This document shows positions 47,762 to 58,541 of a stretch of DNA of 64,000 bases, one piece after another. The first letter of the stretch is position 1; each line of letters starts with the position of its first letter. The notes under the pieces are model-generated. The model was not told the origin of the DNA. It saw nothing but the letters and a program-made list of their open reading frames with translations, and did not search any database. The stretch is from an uncultured Candidatus Saccharibacteria bacterium (GTDB lineage Bacteria > Patescibacteriota > Minisyncoccia > Phycocordibacterales > SBAW01), in the NCBI GenBank assembly GCA_964615415.1, contig CAZTNI010000001.1, positions 176,746-240,745 on the forward strand, read 5' to 3'. The position numbers and the translations under genes are program-made.

Positions 47762-49081
47762 ATGACGATCAAGATGCCGCGCGTGCAAGACAGCCGCACT
47801 CAAGATAAATTATGGGAGCTTGGCCTCACGAGTCTTCAAGCGCTCGAAACTGAGCGTGGTATTTTGGCGTCAGGTCGCGAAGAAGTATATGGCTGTATCT
47901 TCGGTCGCGATTCTTTGATCACGAGTCTGACGCTCTTGCGTGTATACGAAAAAACCAAAGACCCGTATTTTCTGTCTCTGGTAAAAAAAGTTCTCATTCA
48001 TTTGGCTGAACTTCAGGGTACTCAGATAAATATAGAAAGTGGAGAAGAGCCGGGAAAATGTATACACGAGTATCGTACTCAGGGGTACGAACACTTAGTG
48101 AGTCATCCGACCAACCGATGGTACCTGTATCCTGATCAGATTATGCGCAACTACGACTCAGTAGATGCGACCCCGCTGTTTCTTATGGCGGTGCATGCCT
48201 ATTATCGCGCGAGCGGGGATCGTGAGCTGGTAGAAACGTTACTCCCAAACGTCCGCCTAGCTCTTAATTGGCTGTTTGAATATGGAGATACAAATAACGA
48301 CGGGTTTATAGACTACCGGTTTCATCCGGATCGCACGTATGGTGGCCTTAAGACACAAAGTTGGATGGATAGTTCGGAATCGCTGTTCCATGAAGATGGG
48401 TCTCCAGTGCCGTATCCGATCGCTCCGGTTGAGGTGCAAGCGTATACCTATGTAGCGCTGCGTGCGTGGAGTGATTTCTTTGCGATACGCGAACCGCTCT
48501 TTTCAGCAGAACTAAAAGAGCGTGCTCGTGCTTTGAAAGTGCTCTTTAATACAAAATTTGTATTGCGTAAACACGGAGGTGGCGTCAGTCTCGCATTCGC
48601 GCTCGACGGGAATGGACGCCCGTTGCGTAGCCCTCGCTCAAGTATGGGTCATACACTCTGGGCAGTATGGAAAGAAGATAGTGGCGCCCTAGAGAGTATT
48701 TTGGATCATCAGTACATTACACGAGTTGCTGAGCGGCTCTTGGCTAAAGATCTGTATGTGCAACGCGCAGGTATTCGCACTCTTTCAAGTCGGTCGCGCT
48801 TCTTTGACCCTACGAGTTATCACAACGGTTCTATTTGGCCGCACGATACCGCGATGCTCGCTGAAGGGCTCGAAAACTTTGGTTTTGATGTGGAAGCGAA
48901 ACGTGTGCGCGATGCTCTTTTGCGAGCGTATCTTCACTTCTCGACTCCTATAGAACTGTTTGTGTACGTGCGCCGATCATATAAAGAGTTTGTTCGTGGT
49001 GATGGAATGGGTGGTGCGTGCCGTAATCAAGCCTGGAGTGCTGCAGCCCTGCTTGCCTTAGTGCGCGCATACCAAGACTAG
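47762..49081 (+). CDS. amylo-alpha-1,6-glucosidase/glycogen-debranching-like hydrolase
   Basis: FGRDSLI, EEPGK..HE, SVDATPLF, SYHNGSIWPHD, QAWS. Confidence 0.85.
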   Translation: MTIKMPRVQDSRTQDKLWELGLTSLQALETERGILASGREEVYGCIFGRDSLITSLTLLRVYEKTKDPYFLSLVKKVLIHLAELQGTQINIESGEEPGKCIHEYRTQGYEHLVSHPTNRWYLYPDQIMRNYDSVDATPLFLMAVHAYYRASGDRELVETLLPNVRLALNWLFEYGDTNNDGFIDYRFHPDRTYGGLKTQSWMDSSESLFHEDGSPVPYPIAPVEVQAYTYVALRAWSDFFAIREPLFSAELKERARALKVLFNTKFVLRKHGGGVSLAFALDGNGRPLRSPRSSMGHTLWAVWKEDSGALESILDHQYITRVAERLLAKDLYVQRAGIRTLSSRSRFFDPTSYHNGSIWPHDTAMLAEGLENFGFDVEAKRVRDALLRAYLHFSTPIELFVYVRRSYKEFVRGDGMGGACRNQAWSAAALLALVRAYQD

Positions 49082-49710
49082 TCATAGAGCGCGGCGGCGA
49101 GCGTAACACAGAGTACTTTTTGGGCGCCCGCTTCCAAAAGTGCTCGTTTCGCTTCATGTAACGTGGCGCCGGTAGTGCAGACGTCGTCTAAGACGACACA
49201 GGTGCGACCTCTGATGAGTTGAGGGTCGGTTACTCGCATCGACAGTGCCACGTTTGTAAGTCTTTTTTCTCGCGGTAGGCCTTGTTGTGAAGGGGTGTGT
49301 CGAGTACGAACAAGCGCTGTTGGGGCGTAGGTGTACGCATGCCCTAACCCTCGAAGCGCTTCTTGTGCCAACGTCTCTGTTTGATTGTGGCCCCGAGTAC
49401 GACGACGCGTTTTGTGCATAGGAATTGGTATAAGAATGGGGACACCAATCTCTTCTGCAGCAACGGAAACAAGCTCTTCTTGTACAGATACAGCCGCGAG
49501 TCGTGTAGCTGTCTTGGTTTTGTAGTATTTAAGCTCCCACACAAGAGCGGTTACTTCTTGGTCGTGGTAGGGCAATGTGCCTCCGTGCGTGTGGGGAGAG
49601 GGAACCTTCTTGCGCAGTACTTTTTCTGGGGTTAGTGCTGCCACACAGCGTTCCGTGGAACGCGGCGGAATAATGAGATCATAGATATGAGAAAAAATAC
49701 GGCGCCACAT
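49078..49710 (-). CDS. comF: ComF family phosphoribosyltransferase-like competence protein
   Basis: RGHNQ, LDDVCTTGATL; divergent from the pil operon. Confidence 0.85.
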   Translation of the reverse strand: MWRRIFSHIYDLIIPPRSTERCVAALTPEKVLRKKVPSPHTHGGTLPYHDQEVTALVWELKYYKTKTATRLAAVSVQEELVSVAAEEIGVPILIPIPMHKTRRRTRGHNQTETLAQEALRGLGHAYTYAPTALVRTRHTPSQQGLPREKRLTNVALSMRVTDPQLIRGRTCVVLDDVCTTGATLHEAKRALLEAGAQKVLCVTLAAALYD

Positions 49711-49739
49711 GATTTTGTGTGGATGATATACTACTACAG

Positions 49740-50810
49740 ATGGCGCTTTCTTTCTCGTCACTCTTTTCGAAGGGTACCAAAAGTGTGTTGGGAGTAGATA
49801 TTGGAACCTCCTCTATTAAGGTCGTGCAACTCCGACGTGAGCACGGTCGTGTGGTGTTGGAAACGTATGGCGCGATTGCGCTTGGACCTTATGCAGGCCT
49901 TGAAATAGGCCGTGCAACCGCGCTCCCTGCAGAAAAAATAATCGAAGCGCTCAAAGATGTTATCCGAGAGGCGAACGTCACTACAAACGACGCAGGTATA
50001 GCAATTCCGTATGCCTCGAGCCTTATTTCGCTGGTAAAATTGCCTGCGACTGCTGAAAAACAACTTGCGCAAGTTGTGCCTATAGAGGCGCGTAAGTATA
50101 TACCCGTACCTATTAGTGAAGTACTGCTCGATTGGTTTGTAGTATCTAATTCAGGCAAAACCGCAGCAGACAAAGTTGAAGTGTTGCTTGTTGCTATCCA
50201 TAACGACACTATCGCTAAGTTTAAAAATATTGCAGCAGAGGTTGCGTTGAATGTCGCCTTCTTTGAGATAGAAGTTTTTAGTGCTGTGCGTGCTTCGCTG
50301 GACCACGGACTTGCGCCAGTTGCAGTTGTTGACCTTGGAGCTGCAACCACCAAGGTGTACATAGTGGAGCGCGGCATTATGCATGAAAGCCACATTATTA
50401 ATCGAGGTAGCCAGGACATGACCCTCGCTGCATCACGAGCGCTTAACATACCAGTGGCGCAAGCAGAAGAGAAAAAGCGACGATTTGGTTTAACCGGTAC
50501 GGACCAAAATCTTACCACTTCGCTTTCCATATCGCTCACCCCACTGCTTTCCGAATTGTCGCGCACTATTACTAATTATGAGCAGCGCACAAATCAGACT
50601 ATCGACAGTATGGTGTTGACCGGAGGAGGAGCGGGCCTCAAAGGACTGAAGGAGTTTGCGCAAGGCAAATTGCCGACCGAAGTGCGCACTGCTGACCCGT
50701 TTGCAAAGGCTCAAGCCCCGGCGTTTCTTGAAGCTATTCTTAAAGAAGCAGGACCGGAGTTTTCTGTGGCGGTAGGGTTAGCACTCCGACGTTTACAAGA
50801 ACTCGGCTAA
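49740..50810 (+). CDS. pilM: type IV pilus assembly protein PilM
   Basis: GVDIGTSSIK, VDLGA, LTGGG, AVGLALR. Confidence 0.9.
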   Translation: MALSFSSLFSKGTKSVLGVDIGTSSIKVVQLRREHGRVVLETYGAIALGPYAGLEIGRATALPAEKIIEALKDVIREANVTTNDAGIAIPYASSLISLVKLPATAEKQLAQVVPIEARKYIPVPISEVLLDWFVVSNSGKTAADKVEVLLVAIHNDTIAKFKNIAAEVALNVAFFEIEVFSAVRASLDHGLAPVAVVDLGAATTKVYIVERGIMHESHIINRGSQDMTLAASRALNIPVAQAEEKKRRFGLTGTDQNLTTSLSISLTPLLSELSRTITNYEQRTNQTIDSMVLTGGGAGLKGLKEFAQGKLPTEVRTADPFAKAQAPAFLEAILKEAGPEFSVAVGLALRRLQELG

Positions 50811-50883
50811 TCGGTGCACTCGCGCACAGGTGTGTTGATAGGTCGAGGAGACAAAATAATCGCGAGGTATACTACATATTGAC

Positions 50884-51543
50884 ATGGATCCTCAGGTCTC
50901 GAATTCTTTCATACCTAAAAAACCACTTGTCCCAACTCGCAGCAGCGGCAGTCTGAGCGGGCTCCTACTCCTCGTGTCAATCCTTATGTTTATGGTGTCG
51001 TTAGCCGGAGCAGGAGGTGCGTTCCTATACGAACGGTATCTTATCGGCGCTATTGCTGCGAAAGATCTGTCTTTGGAGCGCGCTCAGGCTGCATACGAGC
51101 CCGAGACTGTGCAAGCGCTTATTCGGCTCGATTCCCGCATTAACGAATCCAAATCTTTGTTAAATAAACATATTGCACCTTCGGCAATTTTTAACTTTCT
51201 CGCACTTAAAACGTTAGAAAAAGTCCAGTTAACCAGTTTTGACTATCAAGTTGATGATGGAGGGACAGCATCTCTGCAGTTGGTGGGCATTGCAGACTCT
51301 TTTTCAACACTCGCGCTGCAATCCGACGAGTTTGGTTCTACTGACGTGCTTCGTAATGTCATCTTTTCAGACATTGTGATTCAGCCTGAAAACGGAAAAG
51401 TAAGTTTTTCTGTATATGCCGATATCGACCCTGCGTCAATCGTGTACTCAAAAAATATGGAATCCCGAAGTGTGATGCCGCTGCCGGAAGAGACAGACCA
51501 AGGAACAACGACTACGCCAGTGAGTGCTCCAAATACCCAATAA
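50884..51543 (+). CDS. PilN-like protein
   Basis: SFIPK N-terminus, one TM; position after pilM. Confidence 0.65.
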   Translation: MDPQVSNSFIPKKPLVPTRSSGSLSGLLLLVSILMFMVSLAGAGGAFLYERYLIGAIAAKDLSLERAQAAYEPETVQALIRLDSRINESKSLLNKHIAPSAIFNFLALKTLEKVQLTSFDYQVDDGGTASLQLVGIADSFSTLALQSDEFGSTDVLRNVIFSDIVIQPENGKVSFSVYADIDPASIVYSKNMESRSVMPLPEETDQGTTTTPVSAPNTQ

Positions 51544-51544
51544 T

Positions 51545-52102
51545 ATGACACGTTTTCTTTTACCACTATTGTTTCTGGGCGGTGCCGTAGCACTATTTAT
51601 GCTCTTTACTAATCCGCGGTATCAAGCGGTGCAGGTGCTCCAGAGCGAGGCTTCGGTATATGATGATGCGCTTAATAAATCACAAGAATTAAAGCGTAAG
51701 CGCGACGAATTGAATGCACGTCGCAACACGTTTGCTGCTACAGATGTGCAAAAGCTTGAAAAAATTCTTCCTGACAATGTCGACAATATTCGCCTGGTTA
51801 TCGATATTAACAATGTTGCCGCACGGCATGGACTTACGTTGAGCGACGTAACCCTGGGGAGTTTGCAAGGCGGAGCAGAAGGCCGAAGTGCAACAGCTGT
51901 GGGAGCATCTGAAGGGCGGGTAGGGTCAGTAGAGCTTGGATTTACCCTGACCGCGTCGTATGAGTCTATGGTTGGATTTTTGATCGACCTGGAGCACAGC
52001 TTGCGTCTCATTGACGTCGAGCAGCTTGGGTTTGCTGTAGAAGACCAGGGAGGATCAAACAGTGAATATACCTTTAAAATCAGAACCTATTGGCTTCACT
52101 AA
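51545..52102 (+). CDS. PilO-like protein
   Basis: TM plus coiled coil, LE.SLRLIDV. Confidence 0.75.
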   Translation: MTRFLLPLLFLGGAVALFMLFTNPRYQAVQVLQSEASVYDDALNKSQELKRKRDELNARRNTFAATDVQKLEKILPDNVDNIRLVIDINNVAARHGLTLSDVTLGSLQGGAEGRSATAVGASEGRVGSVELGFTLTASYESMVGFLIDLEHSLRLIDVEQLGFAVEDQGGSNSEYTFKIRTYWLH

Positions 52103-52104
52103 CT

Positions 52105-52395
52105 ATGAAATTTTTTAAGATTAACAGAACATCGATCCTTGCTGGTGTACTCGTGGTCCTCGCGGTGTACGCATACTTCAACTTTTTTGGAGGAAAGGCG
52201 GGAAGCGCTCCGACAACAACGCCATCACCGGTGTCACAAGATTTACTTCTGTCGCTTACCACACTGAGTATGATTCAACTCAATCCTGATATCTTTACTG
52301 ACCCGGTATTTCTTTCTTTGTCTGACTTTGGAGTGCAAATTCCGCCCGAGGTGGTTGGTCGTCGCAACCCATTTGCTCCTGTAGGGAGACAATAA
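52105..52395 (+). CDS. small PilP-position protein
   Basis: TM, GRRNPF motif. Confidence 0.55.
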   Translation: MKFFKINRTSILAGVLVVLAVYAYFNFFGGKAGSAPTTTPSPVSQDLLLSLTTLSMIQLNPDIFTDPVFLSLSDFGVQIPPEVVGRRNPFAPVGRQ

Positions 52396-52404
52396 CCATG
52401 AACT

Positions 52405-54291
52405 ATGGATCTACTCAAACTTTTAAGCGATCAACGCCTTATCGACAAAACTGCGCTTGAAGCGCTGCGCAAAGAAGCCGCAAAGCCAGGTGCCTCAGTT
52501 GAAAAAGTCCTTATACAAGCAGGGGTTTCTCTTCCTGACATTCTGAAAATAAAAGGAGAGTTTTACGGCATCCCTACCCGTATTTTAGGTGATAAAAATG
52601 TTCCTTTTGATATTTTGCAATTCGTTCCGGAAGAATCGGCTCGCCATTACCGTCTTGCGCCACTTGGTGTAGTGGACGGCGCTCTCGACGTGGGAGTTAC
52701 CGACCCAGATAATCTTGAGGCGCGTGATGCGCTCGCGTTTATTTCTGCGAAGGTGGGTATGCCGTATCGACTCTATCTAATTTCCGATACAGATTTTGAA
52801 AAACTTCTGACCCAGTATAAAGGTCTATCAGGTGAAGTAGGTAAAGCCTTGACCGAGTTGGATACTGAAATTGCGATCGAGACTGAAAAAACAGAGAAGG
52901 ATGGAGAAAAACATAAGCAGTTGTTCGAGGATGAAATGGTTGCAGAGACTGGCGCAGAAAAACTTACCGAAGACGCGCCGGTTACTAAGATCGTTGCAAC
53001 GATATTGCGTCATGCGGCAGAGCAGCGCGCGTCCGACATTCACATCGAACCGATGGTGGATCAAACGCGTGTGCGTTTCAGAATCGACGGTGTCTTGGTG
53101 ACAAATATTACGTTGCCGGTAAAAGTGCATAGTTCGGTGGTTGCGCGTATTAAAGTGCTTTCTAATATGCGGCTCGATGAAAAACGCAAACCGCAAGACG
53201 GTCGCTTTTCTGCCCGTGTACAAGACAACAAAGTAGACTTCCGTGTATCTACATTTCCTACCTACTATGGCGAGAAGGTGGTGATGCGTCTTTTGGGTGC
53301 GGCTGCAAAAGTACTGCAGCTCGATAAATATGGTCTTTCGGAACGTAACTTAAAACTGGTGCGTGAAGCGATTAAGAAACCATACGGACTTATTTTGATC
53401 TCTGGTCCGACCGGTTCGGGTAAGTCAACAACGCTCTATGGTATTTTGAATGAGGTTGATCGCGAACGGTACAACGTGCTTTCTCTTGAAGACCCGGTCG
53501 AATACAACATCCCCGGTGTGTCCCAGTCCCAAGTGCGCCCAGAAATTGGCTATACGTTTGCAAATGGGTTGCGCACAACGCTCCGTCAGGACCCAAACAT
53601 CATCATGGTGGGCGAGATCCGCGATGCTGAAACTGCCAACCTTGCAGTGCAAGCCGCGCTTACCGGTCACCTCGTGCTTTCGACCATTCACACCAATAAT
53701 GCAGTTGGTATTGTGCCGCGCCTCCTCGACATGGGTGTGGAGCCGTACCTTATTCCGCCGGTGCTTATTTTGGGTATGGCGCAGCGCTTGGTAAAGACGC
53801 TCTGTCCTGGTGGCGGCAAAAAAATGAAAGTTGATGCCAGTATGAAAAAAATGTTCGAAGATGAGTTTGCTGACCTGCCTGCAGAATATAAAAAAGATCT
53901 TCCTTCTCTTGATGAAGTCTACCGACTTAATCCAAGTCCTGATTGTCCGTCAGGAACGCGCGGCCGTCTTGGTGTATTTGAAATGTTTGAAATGGATACA
54001 GAACTCGAGCGGGCAATCCTTGCGGGTAAAGGCGAAGATGAATTGTTCTCTATTGTACGCAAAAAAGGAATGTTAACGATAAAGGAGGATGCTATCATTA
54101 AATCTGCTCAAGGCGTCGTGCCATTTGAAGAAGTAAATACCTTGGGTGGCGAATTTGAGCTCGACGATATTGCGCCAGAAATTCCAGCTGCGCCTGCGGC
54201 GGCTGTGTCTGAAGAAGAGTTGGCAGGAACGACAGAAAAAGCGCTTAAAGAAAAAGAGGCAAAAAGTAAAGTAGCAGCCCCAGAAAAATAA
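52405..54291 (+). CDS. pilB: pilus assembly ATPase PilB/GspE
   Basis: ASDIHIEP, GPTGSGKS, LRQDPN, GEIRD, TGHLV. Confidence 0.93.
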   Translation: MDLLKLLSDQRLIDKTALEALRKEAAKPGASVEKVLIQAGVSLPDILKIKGEFYGIPTRILGDKNVPFDILQFVPEESARHYRLAPLGVVDGALDVGVTDPDNLEARDALAFISAKVGMPYRLYLISDTDFEKLLTQYKGLSGEVGKALTELDTEIAIETEKTEKDGEKHKQLFEDEMVAETGAEKLTEDAPVTKIVATILRHAAEQRASDIHIEPMVDQTRVRFRIDGVLVTNITLPVKVHSSVVARIKVLSNMRLDEKRKPQDGRFSARVQDNKVDFRVSTFPTYYGEKVVMRLLGAAAKVLQLDKYGLSERNLKLVREAIKKPYGLILISGPTGSGKSTTLYGILNEVDRERYNVLSLEDPVEYNIPGVSQSQVRPEIGYTFANGLRTTLRQDPNIIMVGEIRDAETANLAVQAALTGHLVLSTIHTNNAVGIVPRLLDMGVEPYLIPPVLILGMAQRLVKTLCPGGGKKMKVDASMKKMFEDEFADLPAEYKKDLPSLDEVYRLNPSPDCPSGTRGRLGVFEMFEMDTELERAILAGKGEDELFSIVRKKGMLTIKEDAIIKSAQGVVPFEEVNTLGGEFELDDIAPEIPAAPAAAVSEEELAGTTEKALKEKEAKSKVAAPEK

Positions 54292-54292
54292 T

Positions 54293-55354
54293 ATGGACTA
54301 TCAACAAAAATTAGGAGGATACATAGAGCAATTGATAGCTCAAGGCGGGTCAGACCTGCATCTTGGTGCGGGTGTTGAGCCTATTATTCGCGTGTCTGGT
54401 GTGCTTACGCCGCTAATTGCAGAACAAAAGCTTACGGCAGAGGATATGCGCGGCCTTATGTCGGTACTTTTAACCGAAGCCAATTTGCAGCGATTTTTAG
54501 AAAAACAAGAAGTAGACTTTTCGTTTGCCTACGGGGAAAAGGCCCGGTTCCGCGGCAACGGATTTTTTGAGCGCGGCAATATTGGCGTTGCGCTACGTCT
54601 TATCCCTCGCACGATCCGCCCAATTAGCGAACTCAATCTTCCACCGTCTATCGAGCAGTTTGCCCTCCGAGAACAGGGATTCTTTTTGGTGGTAGGACCG
54701 GTTGGGCAAGGAAAAACCACCACGCTTGCAGCATTGATAGAAAAAATTAACCAAGAACGCACTGAGCATATTGTTACCATCGAGGATCCTATCGAATATC
54801 TTTTTGAAAATAAACGTTCGCTCGTAGACCAGCGCGAAGTGCGCATTGACACTGCCGACTTTCAAACAGCACTGCAATCAGTTTTCCGCCAAGACGTTGA
54901 CGTTGTGATGATTGGTGAAATGCGAACGCCGGAAACCATGGCAACGGCCGTTACTGCTGCAGAAACTGGCCACCTTGTTTTCTCTACGTTGCACACCAAC
55001 AATGCGGCACAAACGATCGACCGTATTATCGACTCGTTTCCTGCAGCACAGCAGGATCAAATACGTATTCAACTTGCAGGTTCTTTGGCGGGTATATTCT
55101 CCCAGCGTCTCGTGCCTCGTATTTCAGGAGGGTTGGTGCCGGCGTACGAACTTCTGGTAAACAATAATGCAATTGAAAACCTGATTCGTGAAAAGCGTAC
55201 GCACGAAATACAAACCGTCATCGAAACCGGAGCGGAAGAAGGCATGATCGATATGAACCGCTCGCTCGCAGAGTTGGTGCGAGCCGGAGAAATTACCCCG
55301 GAAAGTGCCTATTCACGCTCGTGGAATCCTAAAACGCTCGAGCGTCTCCTTTAA
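54293..55354 (+). CDS. pilT: pilus retraction ATPase PilT
   Basis: SDLHL, GQGKTT, GEMR, AIENLIRE. Confidence 0.92.
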   Translation: MDYQQKLGGYIEQLIAQGGSDLHLGAGVEPIIRVSGVLTPLIAEQKLTAEDMRGLMSVLLTEANLQRFLEKQEVDFSFAYGEKARFRGNGFFERGNIGVALRLIPRTIRPISELNLPPSIEQFALREQGFFLVVGPVGQGKTTTLAALIEKINQERTEHIVTIEDPIEYLFENKRSLVDQREVRIDTADFQTALQSVFRQDVDVVMIGEMRTPETMATAVTAAETGHLVFSTLHTNNAAQTIDRIIDSFPAAQQDQIRIQLAGSLAGIFSQRLVPRISGGLVPAYELLVNNNAIENLIREKRTHEIQTVIETGAEEGMIDMNRSLAELVRAGEITPESAYSRSWNPKTLERLL

Positions 55355-55359
55355 CATGT

Positions 55360-56571
55360 ATGGATTTTAAGTACGAAGCATTAGATCAAAACGGTAAGGC
55401 ACAAACAGGTACTATTAGTGCTGCTAGTGAAGACGCTGCAATTGATATATTGCAGCGCAAAGGTCTTACTATTACCTCTTTTTCTGCACAGAGTGGAAGT
55501 GTATTGGGAAAATTAGGCAGCATTTCGCTGTTTAATGGTGTCTCAAGTCGCGACCTGGTACTCCTGTCGCGTCAGATTGCGACGCTCTTTGAGGCGCAGG
55601 TGTCCGCCTTGCGTGTATTCCGTTTGTTGGCTGAACAGACAACTAAGCCGGTGTTGCGCTCGGTGTTGGTGGAAATCAGTGATGACCTCCAGGCCGGGAG
55701 TGGTATTTCCAAAGCACTTTCAAAACATCCGAAAGTATTTTCAGATTTCTACATCAATATGGTGCGCGCGGGCGAAGAGTCAGGAAAATTGGACGAGACG
55801 TTCATGTACTTGGCGGATTATATTGACCGTTCGTACGAACTTCTTTCGAAGGCTCGCAACGCACTCATCTATCCAGGCTTCATTATGCTGACGTTTATTG
55901 CGGTGATGGTGCTCATGCTTACGGTAGTTATCCCAAAAATCGGTGCTATCCTCACGGACTCGGGCCAAGAGTTGCCGACCGTGACGGCGATCGTGCTTGG
56001 TATGAGTAATTTCTTGATCGACTACGGCTTCTTTCTGCTTATTGCAATACTCGTCGGCCTTTTCTTCCTCTATCGGTATGCGCAAACACCGCCTGGCCGC
56101 GTCATGGTTGGCCACTTGCAAATCTCAGTCCCTATTATCGGTAAGTTGTACCAGAAGCTCTACCTTTCGCGCGTTGCAGATAACATGCACGTGATGCTCA
56201 CCTCGGGTATCTCTGCTGTCCGCTCGCTTGAAATTACTGCGGTGGTGGTGGGGAACAGTGTGTACGAAGACATTTTGCACGAAGCGGTTGAGGGAGTAAA
56301 AGCAGGTACACCCATTTCTCAGGTATTTGCACGGTACCCAGACGAGGTGCCGGCTATTATGGTGCAAATGTTGCAGATTGGTGAAGAAACAGGAGAGTTG
56401 GGGAATATTCTGAGTCGCTTGGCGAAGTTCTATAATCGCGAAGTAAACGCTGCTGTTGACACGTTGGTGTCTCTTATCGAGCCGGCAATGATCGTGTCGC
56501 TCGCACTTGGTGTTGGTTTCTTGCTCGCAGCCGTACTTATGCCTATCTACAACACGGCAGGTAGTATTTAG
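55360..56571 (+). CDS. pilC: PilC/GspF platform protein
   Basis: AGEESGKL, GEETGEL, LIEP. Confidence 0.92.
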   Translation: MDFKYEALDQNGKAQTGTISAASEDAAIDILQRKGLTITSFSAQSGSVLGKLGSISLFNGVSSRDLVLLSRQIATLFEAQVSALRVFRLLAEQTTKPVLRSVLVEISDDLQAGSGISKALSKHPKVFSDFYINMVRAGEESGKLDETFMYLADYIDRSYELLSKARNALIYPGFIMLTFIAVMVLMLTVVIPKIGAILTDSGQELPTVTAIVLGMSNFLIDYGFFLLIAILVGLFFLYRYAQTPPGRVMVGHLQISVPIIGKLYQKLYLSRVADNMHVMLTSGISAVRSLEITAVVVGNSVYEDILHEAVEGVKAGTPISQVFARYPDEVPAIMVQMLQIGEETGELGNILSRLAKFYNREVNAAVDTLVSLIEPAMIVSLALGVGFLLAAVLMPIYNTAGSI

Positions 56572-56684
56572 TCTCTGGTGCCGTTGTCCACAGCGGTCTC
56601 TTATGGCTTGAGTGGAAGTCTGTATACTTTGAGTAGCTACGAATTTTATTAATTAGTATTTAGTAGCACAAATAACGGTATATT

Positions 56685-57140
56685 ATGCAGAAAATTATTA
56701 AGCGAGGTTTCACCCTCATCGAACTCCTGGTTGTTATCGCTATCATCGGCATTTTGGCCGGCGTTGTGCTCGCATCTCTTGGTAGTGCGCGCTCAGGTGC
56801 AAACGACTCGAAGATCAAAGGTCAGCTCTCAAGCCTCCGTACTGCTATGGAACAATACTACGCAGGTCCTGGCGCAGGTACGTATGGTGCAACAGCAACT
56901 GCAGATGGCTGTACAACTGCTCCGTCAGTAGCTCCATGGAACCACACGCTCATCTCAGCGTTGGCAACTGAAGGCAATTACCCAAGCGGCGCTACATTGG
57001 TTTGCTACACAAGTGGCAGCGCATGGGCAGCACAGGCAACGCTTAGCGACAGCACCTTCTGGTGTGTTGATAGTACTGGCGCAGCAAAGAGTGGCGCATC
57101 AACCATGCTCGGTGGTACTGCTCCAGACGTAACCTGCTAA
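56685..57140 (+). CDS. type IV pilin (probable major pilin)
   Basis: G|FTLIELLVV; own promoter and terminator. Confidence 0.9.
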   Translation: MQKIIKRGFTLIELLVVIAIIGILAGVVLASLGSARSGANDSKIKGQLSSLRTAMEQYYAGPGAGTYGATATADGCTTAPSVAPWNHTLISALATEGNYPSGATLVCYTSGSAWAAQATLSDSTFWCVDSTGAAKSGASTMLGGTAPDVTC

Positions 57141-57163
57141 TCTTTTTCTCTAGCAGTGGTCCT

Positions 57164-57196
57164 AGAAATCCCCAGCAAATGCTGGGGATTTCTTTT
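57164..57196 (+). terminator. intrinsic terminator after pilin
   Basis: AGAAATCCCCAGC-AAAT-GCTGGGGATTTCT-TTT. Confidence 0.85.
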
Positions 57197-57215
57197 GTGA
57201 GGTATACTGAGCACT

Positions 57216-57737
57216 ATGATACGAAAGGGATTCACCCTCATAGAACTGCTTGTGGTTATTGCGATTATTGGCATTCTTACCACTATTGTTACCGTTAATC
57301 TTGCGAATGCACGCCAAAGTGCAAACGACGTCCGTCGCCTGACGGATATTAAAAATATCCAGTTTAGTCTCGCTTTGTACTATAACGACAACCTAAAATA
57401 TCCTTGCGATATTTACACAAATCCGAGTGGTACCGCATGTCAGCCAGGATTCTTGGGAACATACATGGCAACTGTGCCGACTGACCCGGCTGGAGGGAAC
57501 TACAAATACGCAGCAATTAACCCTGCGGGCGCGACACTTACGTGTGCAAACGCAACTCGCTACCACTTAGGCGCAGTGATGCAGGTATCCGGCTCCTCGC
57601 TCCTTAATGATGATGCTGATAGTGCGTACTTTGGTGAATGTAGTTCCTCGGGCGGTGACTTTGCAGGTTCTTCCGCGGCGTGTTCAGGCACCACTGCTGG
57701 AACGGACCAGTGCTACGACGTAATTCAGAATAACTAA
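57216..57737 (+). CDS. type IV pilin
   Basis: G|FTLIEL, VPTDP. Confidence 0.9.
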   Translation: MIRKGFTLIELLVVIAIIGILTTIVTVNLANARQSANDVRRLTDIKNIQFSLALYYNDNLKYPCDIYTNPSGTACQPGFLGTYMATVPTDPAGGNYKYAAINPAGATLTCANATRYHLGAVMQVSGSSLLNDDADSAYFGECSSSGGDFAGSSAACSGTTAGTDQCYDVIQNN

Positions 57738-58541
57738 ATGGACTACTGGATGTTTCTTGCGGCAGGACTTTTTGGTGCAATCCTGGGAAGTTTTATAAAT
57801 GCATTATCATTTCGGTTTAATACCGGCACATCAATACTGACCGGCCGCTCTCGCTGTATGAGTTGTAACCACCAGCTTGCGGCGTGGGACCTTATTCCTG
57901 TTGTGTCGTATGTGTTGTTGCGGGGGCGGTGTCGGTATTGTGGGGCAAAAATCTCGCCGCAATATCCGCTCGTTGAAGTAACTGGAGCGGGATTGTCGGT
58001 CGGAGTTGCTGCACTGCATCCTGTAGCTGCTGCGTATGCATTCTGGCTTCTGGTTGCAATGACACTTTTGTTTATTGTCGTATATGACATGCGTCATACG
58101 ATTATTCCTACGAGCGCATCGGTGTTTTTAGGTGTTCTCGCACTCCTGTCTCTGTTTGTGCAGTTTGGAGAAACGTTTAGTGTTGGGGTTCCAACACTGT
58201 CGCAAATACTTGCGGGCCCTCTGTTGGCGTTACCGTTGTTCCTGCTCTCGTTTGTCTCCGGCGGGCGATGGATGGGGTGGGCAGACAGCGGTTTGGAGCT
58301 TTCGTTGGGATGGCTACTGGGCTTGTCGCTTGGCGCAACAGCGCTCATGGTTAGTTTTTGGATCGGTGCTGCTGTGGGGGTTGCTCTTATGTTGTCCTCT
58401 CGCCTAGTGTGGCGGCGGGGTAAAAAGCGCCTTACAATGAAAAGCGAGCTGCCCTTCGCGCCATTTTTGGTGTTGGGTGCAGTGTTCGTCCACTTTTTTC
58501 ATGTCGATTTTTTCTCATCGCTCACGATCTTTTTCTATTAA
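57738..58541 (+). CDS. pilD: prepilin peptidase
   Basis: GSFIN, RSRCMSC, GRCRYC, MGWAD, PFAPFL. Confidence 0.92.
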   Translation: MDYWMFLAAGLFGAILGSFINALSFRFNTGTSILTGRSRCMSCNHQLAAWDLIPVVSYVLLRGRCRYCGAKISPQYPLVEVTGAGLSVGVAALHPVAAAYAFWLLVAMTLLFIVVYDMRHTIIPTSASVFLGVLALLSLFVQFGETFSVGVPTLSQILAGPLLALPLFLLSFVSGGRWMGWADSGLELSLGWLLGLSLGATALMVSFWIGAAVGVALMLSSRLVWRRGKKRLTMKSELPFAPFLVLGAVFVHFFHVDFFSSLTIFFY